From Planctomycetota bacterium (GTDB lineage Bacteria > Planctomycetota > UBA8108 > UBA1146), in assembly GCA_012960845.1 (NCBI GenBank), contig DUAN01000157.1:6739-70738 (forward strand): a stretch of DNA of 64,000 nt. Direction: 5' to 3'. Shown here piece by piece: positions 63,423-64,000 of the stretch (positions are counted from its first letter, which is position 1; each line of letters opens with the position of its first letter). The notes beneath the pieces are model-generated. The model worked only from the letters and a program-made list of their open reading frames with translations, was not told the origin of the DNA and searched no databases. A program made the position numbers and the translations under genes.

Positions 63423-64000
63423 GTGGCTCGTTCGAGCAGCAACAAGAAATCAGCAGGGAAACAGGCTCCCTCCGGAAAGAAGCGAAGGAAGGTCCGTCTC
63501 GACGGCTGCTCCTTCACATTGAAGGATCTGGCAGCGATTGGCGCAGGAGAGGCCACCCTTCGATTGACCCGCCTGGCCCGCCAGCGCATCAAAGCGGCCT
63601 CCCGATCGGTGATCCAGGCTGCAGCGTCCACCGAGCCGAGTTATGGCATCAACACCGGTTTCGGTAGATTTTGTCGGGTCCAGATCGAGCCGGCAGAGGT
63701 CGAGAAACTGCAATTGAATCTGATTCGATCTCATGCCACGGGAATCGGGGCTCCGCTCGAGGCGGCCCAGGTTCGCCTGGCGCTGGCGTTGCGAGCGAAT
63801 GCCCTGGCGCGAGGAAATAGCGGCATCCATCTCGAGGTGATCGAATTGCTGATGGCGATGCTCGAGAAGGATGTGCTGCCCAAGATCCCCAGGATGGGCT
63901 CGGTCGGTGCCAGTGGTGATCTCGCTCCTCTCTCACACCTGGCTCTGGTGCTGGTCGGGGAGGGTGAGGCGCTGGTCGGAGGTCGGTGGCTCGCTGGCAA
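63423..64000 (+). CDS. hutH: histidine ammonia-lyase (aromatic amino acid lyase family), 3'-truncated by window end
   Basis: It has YGINTGFG and GSVGASGDLAPLSH (the MIO-forming ASG). The GTG at 63423 is the first in-frame start after a TGA at 63399-63401. The ORF-track frame at 63392 is a different, spurious frame. Confidence 0.8.
   Translation, partial: MARSSSNKKSAGKQAPSGKKRRKVRLDGCSFTLKDLAAIGAGEATLRLTRLARQRIKAASRSVIQAAASTEPSYGINTGFGRFCRVQIEPAEVEKLQLNLIRSHATGIGAPLEAAQVRLALALRANALARGNSGIHLEVIELLMAMLEKDVLPKIPRMGSVGASGDLAPLSHLALVLVGEGEALVGGRWLAG

Noticed and set aside
63392-63667. ORF-track ORF at 63392 (frame 2) at the start of the hutH region.
   Set aside because: It is in the wrong frame. 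The histidine ammonia-lyase motifs (GINTGFG, ASGDLAPLSH) are in frame 0, starting at GTG 63423.

Overview
This is a high-GC, gene-dense bacterial chromosomal segment with about 55 protein-coding genes and no rRNA, tRNA, CRISPR array, integrase or transposase detected. The gene content (Tat-secreted Gfo/Idh/MocA oxidoreductase, a dockerin-bearing M4 protease, an FGE-like protein, frequent GTG/TTG starts) is compatible with a Planctomycetota-like organism, but that is inference only. Most genes are core metabolism. folP-cdaA-cdaR-glmM is a c-di-AMP synthase operon. sucC-sucD follows, with mdh downstream after a 54-nt gap. dnaK is followed by the prkA-yhbH-spoVR triad, and upstream sit a sensorless histidine kinase and an NtrC-type sigma54 activator. 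A short/branched-chain acyl-CoA set includes fused isobutyryl-CoA mutase icmF, hbd, two acd genes, standalone meaB, two thiolases, a crotonase and ETF-QO. The remaining core genes are cstA, DUF4212-actP, rsmG, ygfZ, leuA-like and leuB-like genes, and a 5' hutH fragment. A more accessory-looking stretch (about 26.8-41.1 kb) encodes a heptaheme c-type cytochrome co-transcribed with an FGE/SUMF1-like protein, a divergent ApbE flavin transferase plus a Tat-exported Gfo/Idh/MocA oxidoreductase, an SGNH hydrolase, an ABC exporter with two ABC-2 permeases, and a 1462-aa secreted M4 metalloprotease with PPC domains, Cys-rich repeats and a C-terminal dockerin. The strongest single finding is an in-frame TGA exactly at the catalytic Cys codon of the MsrA half of an MsrB-MsrA fusion (48488-48490), i.e. 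a candidate selenocysteine-containing fused methionine sulfoxide reductase. Several short in-frame tandem repeats sit at the 5' ends of secreted-protein genes, and a degenerate 17-bp direct-repeat array lies in the regulator/nrnA intergenic region.
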